Source: Octopus vulgaris
Lineage: Eukaryota
DNA: 64,000 bases
Assembly: GCA_951406725.2 (NCBI GenBank)
Contig: OX597820.1
Location: 13,640,001-13,704,000 of the forward strand
Direction: 5' to 3'
Part shown: one piece after another, positions 13,371-26,903 of the stretch
Position numbering within the stretch: the first letter of the stretch is position 1
Layout of the letters: the number at the start of each line of letters is the position of its first letter
Notes under the pieces: generated by a model
The model's input: the letters and a program-made list of their open reading frames with translations, nothing else
The model's database searches: none
What the model was told of the DNA's origin: nothing
Translations under genes and position numbers: made by a program

Positions 13371-13751
13371 TATTGCGACGAATTCTTTCGCTTTCCATCT
13401 ACGAAAGCCCCTCACAAAACATTTTGATCGGTTCGAGGCTATAGTAGAAGATACTTGCCCAAGGTGCTAGGCAGTGGGACTGAAGCCAGAACCATGTGGT
13501 TGGAAAGCCAACTTTCTTACTCTACAACCACGTCTGGAAACTTCGAGATATGGCATAAATCTCTCTCTTATTTTAAATAATGCCCCTTGTAGTACATAAA
13601 GTCGTAAACAACAGCATATTGAGAATTGCATTAGAAATCCCTTGGGTAGAAATGGTTGAAGGAACTTCTAACTCCGTCCTACACGCTTTAACTGTTTTCA
13701 GTTCTACCAATAAACAAAACCATTTATATATGTGTGTTTTTATGTAGTGTA

Positions 13752-13804
<53 letters not shown>

Positions 13805-14134
13805 GATGATACATATATACATGCATGCATGTGCAAATATAGATATACATATGTATGCGTGTGTATATTTATAGATATAGATATACATATGTATGCATAT
13901 AAATATGTGTATGTATCTCCCTTTCTCTCTCTCTTTCTCTCTCTCTATCGCTCTATATATATATATATATATATATATAAATATATATATATATTTATAT
14001 ATGTGTGTATCTGACTGTATATGAATATCTATATGTGTATATACACAGATGTATGGATGTTTCGTTTATACTTACATAAATATCTCATAAACAACATCTC
14101 GTGCTTTGTGTTATATGTGTACGTGCGTGTGTGT

Positions 14135-14225
<91 letters not shown>

Positions 14226-14739
14226 GATAGATGGATGACTGGATAGAATATTGTTCGCTCATCAACGTCATTCGTCAAAAGCATATTGGTCTAAAAACAA
14301 CATTTCTTAGAATAACAAAGCGGTCTTCAGAGATATTCTTAGAAAAAGAAAATTGGTTGAAAAACAAATTAATCAAAAATGTATTAGTTGACATCAAATA
14401 CTCTGAAATGCATACTCGTAAATAATAAAAAACAAAAACATAGATATACATCGAAACTTAATGCCGGCTATTTAGTTCACCTTTTTTTTTAAAGTACTTA
14501 TAGCAATTTTAAAATGATAAGAGCAAATTATATTTTGAATGAAATATATTTTTCAATTTACTTTCAGGCTATCATTTTATAAGAAAATATTAATGTCAAT
14601 GGCAACACATCAAAACTTTATCTGCACTAATTTCGTTAACTGACATATTAGACTTTTCTAACATTAAGAACAAAATTATTTTTCGGACGAAGTACATTTT
14701 TATATTTTCTATGTACGCATTTGTGTGTCTGTTTGTAAT

Positions 14740-15127
14740 GTGGTGGCACACCGTCGGTTGCGACGACGAGGGTTCCAGTTGATCCGATCAACGGAACGGC
14801 CTGCTCGTGAAATTAATGTGCAAGTGGCTGAGCTCTCCACAGACACGTGTACCTTTAACGTAGTTCTCGGGGGAGATTCAGCGTGACAGAGAGTGTGACA
14901 AGGCTGGCCCCTTTGAAATACAGGTACAACAGAAACAGGAATAAAGAGTGAGAGAAATTTGTGGTGAAAGAGTGGGTTGGCCACAACCCCTTGCCGGAGC
15001 CTCGTGAAGCTTTAGGTGTTTTCGCTCAATAAACACTCACAACGCCCGGTCTGAGAATCGAAACCGCGATCCTAAGACTGCTAATCCGCTGCCCTAAACA
15101 CTGGGCCACTGGGCCATTGCGCCTCCA
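14740..15127 (-). mobile_element. SINE family C, full length (tail type 1)
   Basis: Minus strand begins GGAGGCGCAATGGCCCAGTGG (A-box), then GTTTCGATTCTC (B-box) and TTGAGCGAAAACACCTAAAGCT. Confidence 0.85.
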
Positions 15128-15389
15128 CGTTTGTTATGTTTAACGTCCGGAACAGAATAAATATTTAAATAGTCTAACTTCTTTTGCTTAATAATAGCCT
15201 GAGTTCTGTTCTGTTTTGTTTTTTGTTGTTTGTTTTCTGTTGTTGTCTTTATCGGGCCCAAAGGAATGAAAGATCAAGATGACCTCGGTGGGATGAGGCA
15301 TCGAGAGGACGGCCCCGAAACGGTGCGCATTATCTCCGAACGATCACTAAACCCTGCTGGTAATATTTGCATAGGAATGTCGTTGGCAT

Positions 15390-16650
15390 TTCAAAAGGAT
15401 GAAAGGTAAAGTTGATCTCATTGAAATTCGAACTCAGAACGTTTCCAGCCTGAACAAATACTGCTAGGCATTCTGTCCCATGCTATATGTTTGTTAACAC
15501 ACTGCTCTATAATCCTTTTTACTGGAAGCACAAGGCCTGACATTTGGGGGAAGAGATTAAGTCAATTACATCGACCCAGTATTCAACTGATACTTATTTA
15601 ATCGACCACGAAAGGATGAAAGATAAAGTCGACCTCGGCGGAATTTGAACTCAAAACGTAACAGCAGCGGAAATGCCGCTAAACCATTTCGCCCGGCGTG
15701 CTAACGTTTCTGCTAGCTCGCCGCCTCACGCCTCTCTATAATGATCCTTCCAACTATAGAAACAAGACCTGAAATTTCTTGAGGGAGGAGACCAGTCGAT
15801 TAGATCAACCTCAGTGTTCAATTGGTACTTAATTCATCAACGCCGAAAAAAACTGAAAGCAAAGTCGACCTTGGCTGAATTTGAATTCAGAATGTAAAGA
15901 CAGATGAAATACCTATTTCTTTACTACCCACAAGGGGCTAAACATAGAGGGGACAAACAAGGACAGACAAAGGGATTAGTTGATTACATCGACCCACAAG
16001 GTATTTAATTTATCGACCCCGATGAAAGGCAAAGTCGACCTCGGCACTCAGAACGTAATGGGACGAAATACCGCTAAGCATTTCGTCGGGCGTGCTAACG
16101 TTTCTGCTAGCTCGCCGACTATAATGATCCTTCCAACTATAGAAACAAGACCTGAAATTTCTTGAGGAGGAGACCAGTCGATTAGATCAACCTCAGTGTT
16201 CAATTGGTACTTAATTCATCAACGCCGAAAAAAACTGAAAGCAAAGTCGACCTTGGCTGAATTTGAATTCAGAATGTAAAGACAGATGAAATACCTATTT
16301 CTTTACTACCCACAAGGGGATAAACATAGAGGGGACAAACAAGGACAGACAAAGGGATTAAGTTGATTACATCGACCTCAGTGCGAAACTGGTATTTAAT
16401 TTATCGACCCCGAAAGGGTGAAAGGCAAAGTCGACCTCGGCGGAATTTGAACTCAGAACGTAATGGCAGACGAAATACCGCTAAGCATTTCGTCCGGCGA
16501 GCTAACGATTCTGCCAGCTCGCCGCCTTCACACCACCGTGGAGCTTTAGATATTTTCGTTCAACAAACACTGATAACGTCCGGTCTGTGAATCGAAACCG
16601 CAATCCTACGATCGCGAATCCGCTGCCGTAACCACTGGGCCATTGCGCTA
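15390..16650 (-). mobile_element. SINE family A tandem array with an internal ~385-bp duplication, abutting a family C head
   Basis: CTATAATGATCCTTCCAACTATAGAAACAAGACC... occurs near-identically at about 15736 and 16119; family C head at about 16530-16650. Confidence 0.85.
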
Positions 16651-17509
16651 CCACACAAAAATATATAAATAAAAAAATTAAAACAAATAACAATTTAAAA
16701 GATAACACAATTATAATATATTTAACTTAAATTTTTTCAATATTTACATTATCTTTTTTTGTTCTCCAAGAATTTCTGTTTATTTAAATTTTTTCGTCTG
16801 TCCTTCTCCGATAATTTAATTTCTTTATTATTTCTCTTGTTTAATTTGAAAGTCTGAATCCATCCTAGATAAATGTCGGACAGAAAACATAATGTCTAGT
16901 AGACATGACATACTGTTGTACAATTATCTAAGTAATAACAGTAATGGTTTCAAATTTTGGTACAAGGCCAGCAATTTCGGGGGAGGAGTTAAGTCAATCA
17001 CAGCGTTCAACTTATTTTATCGACCTCGAAAAAAATGAAAGGCAAGATCAACCTCGGCGGAATTTGAACTCAGAACGTAGCGTTAGACGAGATACCGCTA
17101 AGCATTTTGCTCGACATACGACAGGATTCTTTCAGTTTCCGTCTACCAAATTCACTCACAAGGCTTTGGTCGGCCTGAAGCTATAGTAGAAGACATTTGC
17201 CCAAGGTGCCACGCAGCGGGATTGAACCTGGAACAATGTGGCTGGGCAACAAACTCCTTATTACACAGCCGTGCCTGCGCCTATTGGTTGACAACACTTT
17301 TGCCCTCAAAATGTAAAGTTTTGTGTTTATACTAGGAAAATGGTGACAGGAGTAATAAGGTGGACATATTTGAAAGTTCTGAAGATAGTTATGTCGCTTC
17401 CAATCACATTTTCACATTCTTCAAGTATCACTTCCGGTAGAAGGTCAAACAGGAAAGTGCTGCCCTCTGGTAAAAATTGCAGTAAACTGGATGGGAGGAA
17501 ACTATATTC

Positions 17510-17955
17510 AATCATCGTCATCATCCAGTGTATTAAATCCGGATCTTGTCCCCGTAAACGGGGGTGGCCGGATCTACCTCAATGCCATAGCAACCGCCCT
17601 CACACCATCTCGCCCGGTTTTGGGCGTCCTCCTTTTTCAAACCAACCCTCCCAATCTTCACCTCCACCTGTCCCCTCCACCTTTTCCTCGATCTACTTCG
17701 CTTTCGCGCTCCATTTACCTCAAACTCAATCGCCCTCCTCAGAACATGCTCCTCGTCCCTCCTCAACACTTGCCCATACCACTGCACTCCATTCACCCTT
17801 GCCAACCATTCCACCAGTTCCTCCAACCCCAGCATCCCCATCAAGTCCTCAGTCATCCTCTTATCAAACAGCTTCACACCACACATTTCTCTCAGTCCGT
17901 CTCAAAATTGCCATCTTTCACTCTCTCCCTCAGACAACATTCAATGTACCTGAAT
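17510..17955 (-). mobile_element. RTE-clade LINE 3' fragment (second family)
   Basis: ORF2 C-terminus MCGVKL...WYGQVLRRDEEHVLRRAIEFEVNGARKRSRSRKRW followed by a GATGATGACGATGAT tail. Confidence 0.8.
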
Positions 17956-17999
17956 AACTCTAAGCCTCGTTTTTCACCTGTAGATTCGAGAGATTTGTT

Positions 18000-19125
18000 G
18001 TTGAGATGCAACGTGACACGTGATTTATTACTTCTTCCCCATCGGCACATATTCTGCAGTTATCGCATTTTACTGTTTTTTTCTGTTTTCTAATGGGGAG
18101 GTTTTGATCTTGTGCTGCAATTAAAAATCTTTCACTCTCTGCTTAGAGTCCCAAGCTTCTCAACCATTGTTGGGATTTTATTTTGTTTATTTCTTTTCTG
18201 CTATGTAAGGATTTTTCTTGCCTTTATCATGGCATTTTGTAGTTCCAGTTTTAGCTTAGATTTTAGTTGCTTTACAGCTTTTGTCTCGTTTTTCTTTTTT
18301 TCTTTTTTCATATTTATCAGGTATTATGACCCTTTCCTTATACTCATCAACTTTCTTGAAGATGAAAAGCATTTTCGTTTTGCTCATGCTTGGTGGCTAT
18401 TTGTATCAGTTTTCCTTGATTGTGAATCAGATATTTATCTAGTCTTATGGTGGATATTTTATAGTAGTTTCCCAGTTGAATAACGCCTCTACTACCGTCA
18501 ATTTGTTGTATACATAAACTTTCTATATCAGATTTTGCGTAGTGTATTCTAAATTCCATCATAACTTTTTCTTGTTTTCCTGTCCAGTTTGGCTAGTTCA
18601 TATAGCGTCCAGTTAAGAATATTATCAACTCTAACTCGTAATTGGGACAGCTAAAGTATTGATACCGATTATTTTATTTTTCGCATTGACCTCTGTTTTA
18701 AGAATTAATGTAATTCGTCTAAGATATTTCTTGTTATCATTTCTTTCATTTATGCCTGTTGTATCCTATCTAGTTCGTTGATTCCTAAGTATTTGTGTGT
18801 CGAGGTTTGGTGAAGTTCGCTTACTTCATTTTCTTTATTTAATATGAAATTGTTATCCTTTCTTCTTTTTCAAGGTTGCTTTGGGACATATAACTGAGCA
18901 GAATTTCATGTCTATTTCTTGGTAAATCCGTGTATTGTCTGTAGCAGTGTTTCTAGTTGTTTATCATTTGCATCATACGACTTCAGACCATCCATAAACA
19001 AGAGATTATCGATTGTTTTACCATAGCACTTATATCCACATACAGATCTGAGTAGCATGTTGGTTAAAGATGTCAATACCAAACAAAAAGCGTGGAGAGC
19101 GCAAGTCTCCTTGGAATATCCCTAC
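18000..19125 (-). mobile_element. R4/Dong-clade non-LTR retrotransposon RT fragment, decayed
   Basis: Minus-strand translation across stops and frameshifts gives GIFQGD, LLFMDGLK (YMDD-like), KYLGI, ILKTEVNAKNKIIGINTLAVP, WTLYELAKLDRKTRK and HYAKSDIESL...GSRG. Confidence 0.75.
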
Positions 19126-19589
19126 CATCATCAGTAGTAGTAGTAGTAGTTCTTTATTACATAATGCGGCGTATGACTAGTGATTTCTAATTTCTTTCCA
19201 TTAGGTCTGAAGGCGCCAAACAGTAAATTTCTTAGGGAATTGGTTCGTCCAAGAAATGTAAATTCCTATATTCTTTGGCTACCATGTCTAATTGATAGAA
19301 AGTACAACAAAAGACCGACAAGTATGGAGCCTCGTACTCTATGTACTCCTATCACAGTTACTCTGTTAGTAATAGTGATGATTCTTAACATTGGCACGAA
19401 ACCACAAACTTCTGAGGTGGACTCAGTAAATTCAGTTCTTCCGTTGTACTATTTTATTGACCCAGGAAGGACGGAGAGAAAAGATACCACAAGTAAGAAA
19501 CGAACACAAACAGGCAGTAATAATTAGAGATAAACATTTTTTTTTTTGCCTGCTATTTTAAAGATTCTGTCATCTCTCACCCTTAATAA

Positions 19590-20012
19590 TAATAATGGAC
19601 ATTGTTGTAGCGAATAAAAAAGAAGGAATGTGTATGATAATCGACATAGCATGCCCCGGTGACGACAGGATCAATGTGAAAGAAGAGAAAATAAACGACT
19701 ATGATGATTTGAAGAGGGAAATATGAGGGTTGTGAAGTGGGAAATACGAATGTGAAGAGAGTAGACGTGATACCAACAGTATTTGGTGCACTTGGAAGTA
19801 TCAGCATTCAACCTGGCTGAAAAAGATTGGTGCAAGTGTGAAGGTAGAACACCTCCAAATATCAGCATTGCTTGGAACTGCACAAATTCTTCACAAGGTT
19901 CTTGAAGCATGACCAGTAAACAAGTATCACCTTAGTCTGCTGGTTGTGGACAGCTGACACTTCCCATTATACCCAGCAAAATAAGCTGAGTTTTTCATAT
20001 AATAATAATAAT
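19590..20012 (+). mobile_element. R4/Dong-clade 3' end (restriction-like endonuclease domain), decayed
   Basis: DIVV...IIDIACPGD...KE...VIPTVFGALG...LQISALLGTAQILHKVLEA* followed by a short UTR; flanked by (TAA)n on both sides. Confidence 0.8.
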
Positions 20013-20051
20013 GATGATGACGACGACGACGACGACGTCGTCGTCGTCGTC

Positions 20052-20417
20052 GTCAAAATTAAAAGAAGAGTGCCATTGTTATTTAGTGAACGATATTTCG
20101 ACTTCTTGTATGTCTTCATCTGGTTCAAAAAATAATTTTGTCAATCTACTTCGTTTTGGTTAATATAGAAAGGATTGAGGTAACACCTCCAGAAGATATT
20201 GAGTCAAAATTAAAAGAAGAGTGCCATCGACTCTATATCTTCAGGAGGAGTTACCTCAATCCTTTATATATTAACCAAAATGAAGTAGATTGACAAATTT
20301 ATTTTTTGAACCAGTTGAAGATACACAAGATATCGAAATATCGTTCACTAGATAACAATGGCACTCTTCTTTTAATTTTGACTATATATCTTCAGGAGTT
20401 TCCTCAATCCTTTATAT

Positions 20418-20421
<4 letters not shown>
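20052..20421. mobile_element. Inverted partial-tandem element of ~151-bp units with minimal hammerhead-like cores (Penelope-like)
   Basis: Left arm 20052-20226 and right arm 20228-20421 are reverse complements, and each contains a partial second unit. Left core on the minus strand: GAAC-CAGATGA-AGAC...GTC-GAAA-TATC-GTTC. Confidence 0.7.
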
Positions 20422-20485
<64 letters not shown>

Positions 20486-20644
20486 TAGTTTCAACAATTT
20501 CGGGGAAGATGTCAAGTCTATTTTATCGATTCCAGTGTTCAGATGGTACTTATTTTATCGACCTCGAAAGAACGAAATTTGAACTCAGAACGATTTTGTC
20601 AGCTCACCGCTTTCATTTTTCATACAATATTAATGGGTTCATTT

Positions 20645-20855
20645 AAGGCGGCGAGCTGGCAGAATCGTTAGCACGCCGGGCAAAATGCTTAGCAGCATTT
20701 CGTCTATCTTTACGTTCTGAGTTCAATTGCCACCGAAGTAGACTGTGCCTTTCATTTTTTTTCAGGATCGATAAAATAAGTACCTGTTGAGTACAGGCGT
20801 CGATGTAATCGACTTACTCCCTCCCACGAAATTGCTTGTGCCAAAATGTGAAATT
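20645..20855 (+). mobile_element. SINE family A with intact head
   Basis: GGCGGCGAGCTGGCAGAATCGTTAGCACGCCGGG...GAGTTCAATT... Confidence 0.8.
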
Positions 20856-21344
20856 GTCTGAAATAAAGAGGTAGATTTTGGCACACAAAATATCAATTAA
20901 AAGTCTTGTTTTATATATAATTTTTATTTGTTTTTATTTTTTCCATACCTAATCCAGAACTCACACAGTTCCGAATTCAGTTCACACCGGGGATTAATGA
21001 AACAAGTACCTGTAATATACTGGTACACAGTTAATACACTAAGAAGCTCTATACCTTATGACTAATAACAAACACACATGAAAGGATAATCTGTGGCAGG
21101 AACTCTAAAATGATCTGAGTACACAAACTAACTTTGACTCCCAGATGTACTCAGTTTTATTTCATTGATATTACTATTATTCATAGTAATGGCATGAACA
21201 TCACAACTCTTCGTGTGACTTTCAATTAAATGCTTCGGCTGCAAACTACCTTCATGTCTTTATTCTATATCTTGTTTCAATCATTGGATTGCAGCCATAC
21301 TAGGCACTGCTTTGGAGGGTTTAGCTGAGGAAATTGAACCCCTA

Positions 21345-21800
21345 TATATTCTTTTCCACTTTAAGCAAAAGACCCTAAATTTTGGCGGAGGGGGACAGTC
21401 GATTAGATCAACCCCAGTTACGCAACGGGTACTTAATTTATCGACCCCGAAAGGATGAAAGGTAGAGTCGACCTCAGCGGAACTTGAACTCAGAACGTAA
21501 AGACAAACGAAATACCGCTAAGCATTTCGCCCGACGTGCAAACGTTTCTGCCAGCTCGCCACCTTAAAATATAGCTCGCCACCTTAAAATATTTGTATTA
21601 CATGTCACGCTTTGGAATCGAACTCGAGATGTCATAATTGCGAGTGAAATTTTTCTTTCTCATTTGGCTATACTGCATTCCCCAAAACAGTAATTGAACT
21701 CCTACAAATTCTTTTCTACTCTAAGCACAAGGCCCTAAATTTTGTGGGAGGGGGCCAGTCGATTAGATCAACCCCAATTACGCAACGGGTACTTAATTGA
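21345..21800 (-). mobile_element. SINE family A copies
   Basis: Reverse-complement core and head; partial second copy at about 21710-21800. Confidence 0.8.
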
Positions 21801-22605
21801 ACAGTAATTGAACCCCTGGGTATTTTTAATGTTTGGTACTTATTCTATTGGTCTCTTTTTTTAAAACCACTAAATTATGGGAACAGACACAAACCAACAC
21901 CGGTTGTCAAGTAGTAGAGGGGGACAAACACACACACACATTAAAGAATATATCATAACTAGACACCAATATTTAAGCATTATCCAAACTAATTAGGTAA
22001 TCAATGAAGAAAACCAAACGAGATCAAAGTAAACAATCCCACAAACTATGAACCCACAAATGCTTTCCCCTTTAAGAGAATGAAGGACAATCAACAAAAA
22101 TGAGTCCAAGATATAAGAAATTCACAGTTGAGCGTATGTGTATTCCCATCATCAGCTGCCCAAACGGATATCACTATGGTTTCGACACCTGGACAGTACC
22201 ATTCAATCTGGTGGTGTCCACAGCATCGAAAATATAAACGCTGCTGAGGCTTTCACACAGTTTCCAGCTAATAAATTGGTCAGCCCAGTGCTATAGAAGA
22301 CACTAGTATAAGATGTTGTACAGTGGAAATGAACCTGAAGCTATGGTTACAAAATGAACTTCTTAACCGCACAGTCATGACTGCAAAAAAATATTACATT
22401 CGCAGGAATATTCTACAAATTCAAAGCTTGCAGACGATGGCAGTAAGTTTTATGATATCTTTTTATTTCCCTTTTCATGACAGTTAGAGGCCTCCCTAAA
22501 ATAGCTGCTCAACTATAAAATGAATAAATTGCTATTATTGTTTAGCCCTTGGTTGGCTCCAGTTGAGTAAACCTGCAGTCATAGGCCTTAAAGCCATAAT
22601 CATCT

Positions 22606-22978
22606 AGTTATTTTCTAAATGAGACAACTGGACGCAGCTGTTTGGATGCTGACGATCTGGCACGGCTGACTGGGCATTAAACCTGTTTTGGTAACAGTGC
22701 TTTTTTGCACTAGAGGCAAACACACGCACACAGGCAAAAATACGCACATATAGACAGAGCAATATTACAACTTATTTATAAAACACTTTCCCTCTCCTCA
22801 TACACAGGAAGGGATATATGCTCACACACATAAACAGAGAGGATAAGAAAGGAAGAGAGAAATGGGGAGAAGAGAAGCATTAAAACATCTGCTGTCAAAT
22901 AAGTCAGCATCTAATCAGCAATGCTGAATAGGCAGCGCCAAAACGGCTGTGCCAAAATGTCCCATAGCCAGTTATTTT
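22606..22978. mobile_element. Putative MULE-type MITE with 9-bp target-site duplication
   Basis: AGTTATTTT at 22606-22614 and 22970-22978; diverged terminal inverted repeats (GAGACAACTGGACGCAGCTGTTTGG vs reverse complement GGGACATTTTGGCACAGCCGTTTTGG). Confidence 0.4.
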
Positions 22979-23294
22979 TATAAGATATTGTGCATTTTGG
23001 ACCACATTGTACTTGATATATTTATGTCTTGGTCGATTTTTTGAAGACAGTGTCATGTGATTTGGGGGAGGGTGACTGCCATGGATAGTCTGTTTGGTGC
23101 GAATTCAGTCAGTTTGTTTAGAGAAGTAGAACGGTAATCAATGTATACGAATTTTAGATCAACAACCAAGACCAAAGGGTTTTAATTATTTTATTGTTCT
23201 TTTGAAGATGTTTTGGTCACTCATTTCTATTGTTGACTTCTATACTGATATTTTTCTGTTTCCAACTGGTTTAATGACACTATTCGTACATTAA

Positions 23295-23344
<50 letters not shown>

Positions 23345-23781
23345 GTGTATGTGTGTATGCATATGTGTGAATGTGTGTACACACACACATATACACACAC
23401 GCACACAATGACATTGAAAAGATTAACAGGTTTCATGAGAGTAAATTTATATTAAAAAGCATAAGAGGAAATGCTTTCATGGATGAAAGTATTTACATTT
23501 CTGTCAAAATATGCTACCGGTTTCAATTGCTTAAAATAGTTGATTATGTCATGCTGAAATAAAAGGAAAAATTAATTGAACTGATATCATGAGATTTTAA
23601 TTTATTTCAATTTAATTTCCTTCCAATTTCAGCAAGATTTAATCATCTTTTTAAATGATTAAAACTAGCAGCATATTTTGATAAAAGTATAAATACTTTC
23701 TTTTATCCATGATAAATTTCTCAATGGATTTCTTCTTTTAAATTATATACATATACATATATATATATATATATCTGTAGT

Positions 23782-23830
<49 letters not shown>

Positions 23831-24336
23831 GTGTATGTAGTGTAACATATATATATATATATATAATCTGAGCATGAAACTTATGGTAGCTCACATTTCA
23901 ATCTTGTGCTTAATATAATATAATATAATATAATATAATATAATATAATATATAAATATATGTATGTATGTATGTATGTATATGTATATATAGATAACCC
24001 ATGCTAGCATGGAAAGCGGACGTTAAACGATGATATACACACCTGGTTACAGATTAGAACCTTTACCTCTCGTGTAAGGTCTCAACACTCTTTACCACTA
24101 TGCTATATAATGATATAATTTAATGAAATTTTATTCAAATATGAATACATTTCCATCAATATAAATAAACATTTTGCGTGGACAGCCAGATGTCGAATAT
24201 GTGTGTATGTGCAAGAATGGGCTTCCTGAAACAACTAGAGACTATATCAGAGAAAATGGAGTGAAGCACTTAGAATAATATGGTTAACAGACAAGAAACC
24301 TATCAATAGTTTCTATTAAACACTATATAATACATG

Positions 24337-24387
<51 letters not shown>

Positions 24388-25823
24388 CATACATACATAT
24401 ATGTATATATATTTATATATAAAAAAGGAAATGAAGAAAATGCTGACAAATAATTGAAGTAATTTAAGTAATTTAATTAGGTGAAAGTTCTTTTTACCGG
24501 TTGCGCATTTGTTATATATATATATATATATATATATATGTCTATATATGAGAGAGCGATAGAGTGACATATGTATATAAAATATATATATATATATATA
24601 TAAAATATAATATTATATTATATATATAATATTTAATCCATAATTGTTGGTCCAAGGAAAATATATATCGTTTGGTCTATGGCGCTTCAGGAAAATAAAG
24701 ATATTTTGCTAGACTAAGAATTTTGGATTAAATATTTTATTCACTCTCAGACTTTGAGTTCTTTATTCTAAATGGCTGGACATAACTTCTTTTGAACTTG
24801 TCACACCACTGGAATGAATATATATGTACATACATACATACATATACACCTTCTCTTCAACTTACGACCGAGTTCCGTTCTGACTGACCAGGTTGTAAGT
24901 CAACGTGGTTATATGTCAGGTTTATATTTTTCAACACTCTTTTTATTGATACTTGAAAGAGACTGAGTGAGAGACAGTGGCTGGCATGAATGCCTGTGTC
25001 TGAGGGAGGCCTGCGTTTCCAGATGCTGCCATAGATATTGTACACCCACCTGTCCAATGTCTGAAAATCAATTTTTTTATTTATTTAAATATTCTATAAT
25101 ATTTGTTACTGTTTGGAAGATCTTTATGGTAGTAGAAAAGGCATTTTAACTCCTATTTCTAAATTCGGTGTGTGGTAAGGCAATTAGCTGACCTCTAATT
25201 ATAATTATGTTTATAATTATAGAATATTTGTATAATTTTACCTAAAAAGGTTATTTTAATGTACTGAACTACTTTGTAAAATTATTCATTATTAATTAAT
25301 TAATTGATTAATTAGTTAATTAATTTTACCCTTTTATTATTATTTTTTATTTATTCATTTATTTTTTTGATTGTAAGTGCAAATGGCCCTAAGTCGAAGA
25401 GAAGGTGTGTACATTTCTGTATGTGTGATTTTGAACTGATGGAAACAATGGCTAGACGAATTTGGATAATTCAGAATGCAGGAATATTTTCAGGAATATT
25501 TGGAGCAAACATTTTAGTGTTGCCTGTTGACATTGCTTCATAAATGCTAACCATTCTTATTAATTACTACTAAAGCAGGAGAAAGTAGTATTCTAAATAT
25601 CACAGCTGTTATAGAGTTAAGCAAGTAAAATAACTGTGCCTAACCAAGGAACACTGCATGGCTTGTACCAATCACCAGTTTGGTTTCGAACCTATCACTA
25701 ATTGCTTAACTATTGTGTTTCTCTAAACAAACTTAATGCTTAAAACTACAAAAAAACATAAAAACAATCTCTAACGTTGCAACAATTGTCATTCATGTAT
25801 GTTCGGGCTCAGGATTTCGATTT

Positions 25824-25858
<35 letters not shown>

Positions 25859-25900
25859 AGTAGTGGTTATGAGTGAAGTGATATTCAAGGTCGGAACTTG

Positions 25901-26538
25901 TTTAGAGAATGGACTTGTTTGGAACAAACATTTTGTTTTCTCCTACCCAACCCAATCAGTAAGACTCTATTGGGAAAAGGGAGTTTTCTAGATAAGAAAA
26001 TCACTTAGAAGACAGAAGTCATTATCTAATAAAAAAAAAATGCTTAAAATGTATATATATCCATCATCAAAAATGGTTTTGTTCATAGTGAAGGAGTCAT
26101 TCATTGCCAACACATAAGAGCACTGACGATTAGACAATTACGCATTGCATCTAAATGAGAAAATAAATTGTAACAAATTTGAAGACTATAACAGTTTTCT
26201 CAGAAACGACAAATCATTTTAGAGAATGGACTTGTTTGTAATAAACATTTTTTCTCCTACCCAACCCAATCAGTAAGACTCTATTGGGAAAAGGGAGTTT
26301 TCTAGATAGGAAAATCACTTAGAAGACAGAAGTCATTATCTAATAATAAAAAAAAAAGATGCTTGAAATGTATATATCCATCATCAGAAATGGTTTTGTT
26401 CATAGTGAAGGAGTCATTCATTGCCAACAAATAAGAGCACTGATGATTAGACAATTACATATTACATCTAAATGAGAAAATAAACTGTAACAAATTTGAA
26501 GACTATAACAGTTTTCTCAGAAATGACAAATCATTTTG
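25901..26538. repeat. Tandem duplication, 2 x ~317 bp
   Basis: TTTAGAGAATGGACTTGTTTG...CAGAAA(C/T)GACAAATCATTT occurs twice with few differences. Confidence 0.9.
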
Positions 26539-26699
26539 GAGGGAAACTAAAATATTGGAGAAAACTTAAAATTAGTAAAAATAGAGACTTTGAAAAAAAT
26601 AACACAAATCTTTCAGAAAGAAAGAAAATGAGGAAGAATGAGAGAGTAGAAAGGACTGGGATAATATGAACCATTGTGTAACAGACTAAACAGTGTTCA

Positions 26700-26903
26700 T
26701 CAAGTGAACAGAGCAGTGTTCATTTCAATCAGTGAACTAAAAGTATGTCCATTGTACTCCAACAAACGATTCAGCATGTTGTTTTCCCGGTCGCTTTCAT
26801 CCAAAAGATCGACATTGAGGTCGATGGAAACAGGCCTTAAGTTTGACAGTGCTGGCTTTGGTAAAGGCCATGGAAGGGAAGTGCACAGATGAAACCGGTG
26901 AAG
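26700..26903 (-). CDS. Candidate terminal coding exon of an unidentified host gene (LHRFHLCTSLPWPLPKPALSNLRPVSIDLNVDLLDESDRENNMLNRLLEYNGHTFSSLIEMNTALFT*)
   Basis: Strong acceptor TTTTCCTTTCTATTTCCAG| ending at 26904; non-repetitive, protein-like 67-codon frame ending in TGA; phase 0 matches the upstream micro-exon. Confidence 0.65.
   Translation of the reverse strand, partial: LHRFHLCTSLPWPLPKPALSNLRPVSIDLNVDLLDESDRENNMLNRLLEYNGHTFSSLIEMNTALFT

Noticed and set aside
17340-18093. 205-aa and 200-aa plus-strand ORFs
   Set aside because: Antisense to an RTE 3' fragment; no independent coding signal.
24845-24905. Tigger/pogo-like terminal sequence (CAACTTACGACC...GTTGTAAGTC)
   Set aside because: No matching second end or transposase was found.
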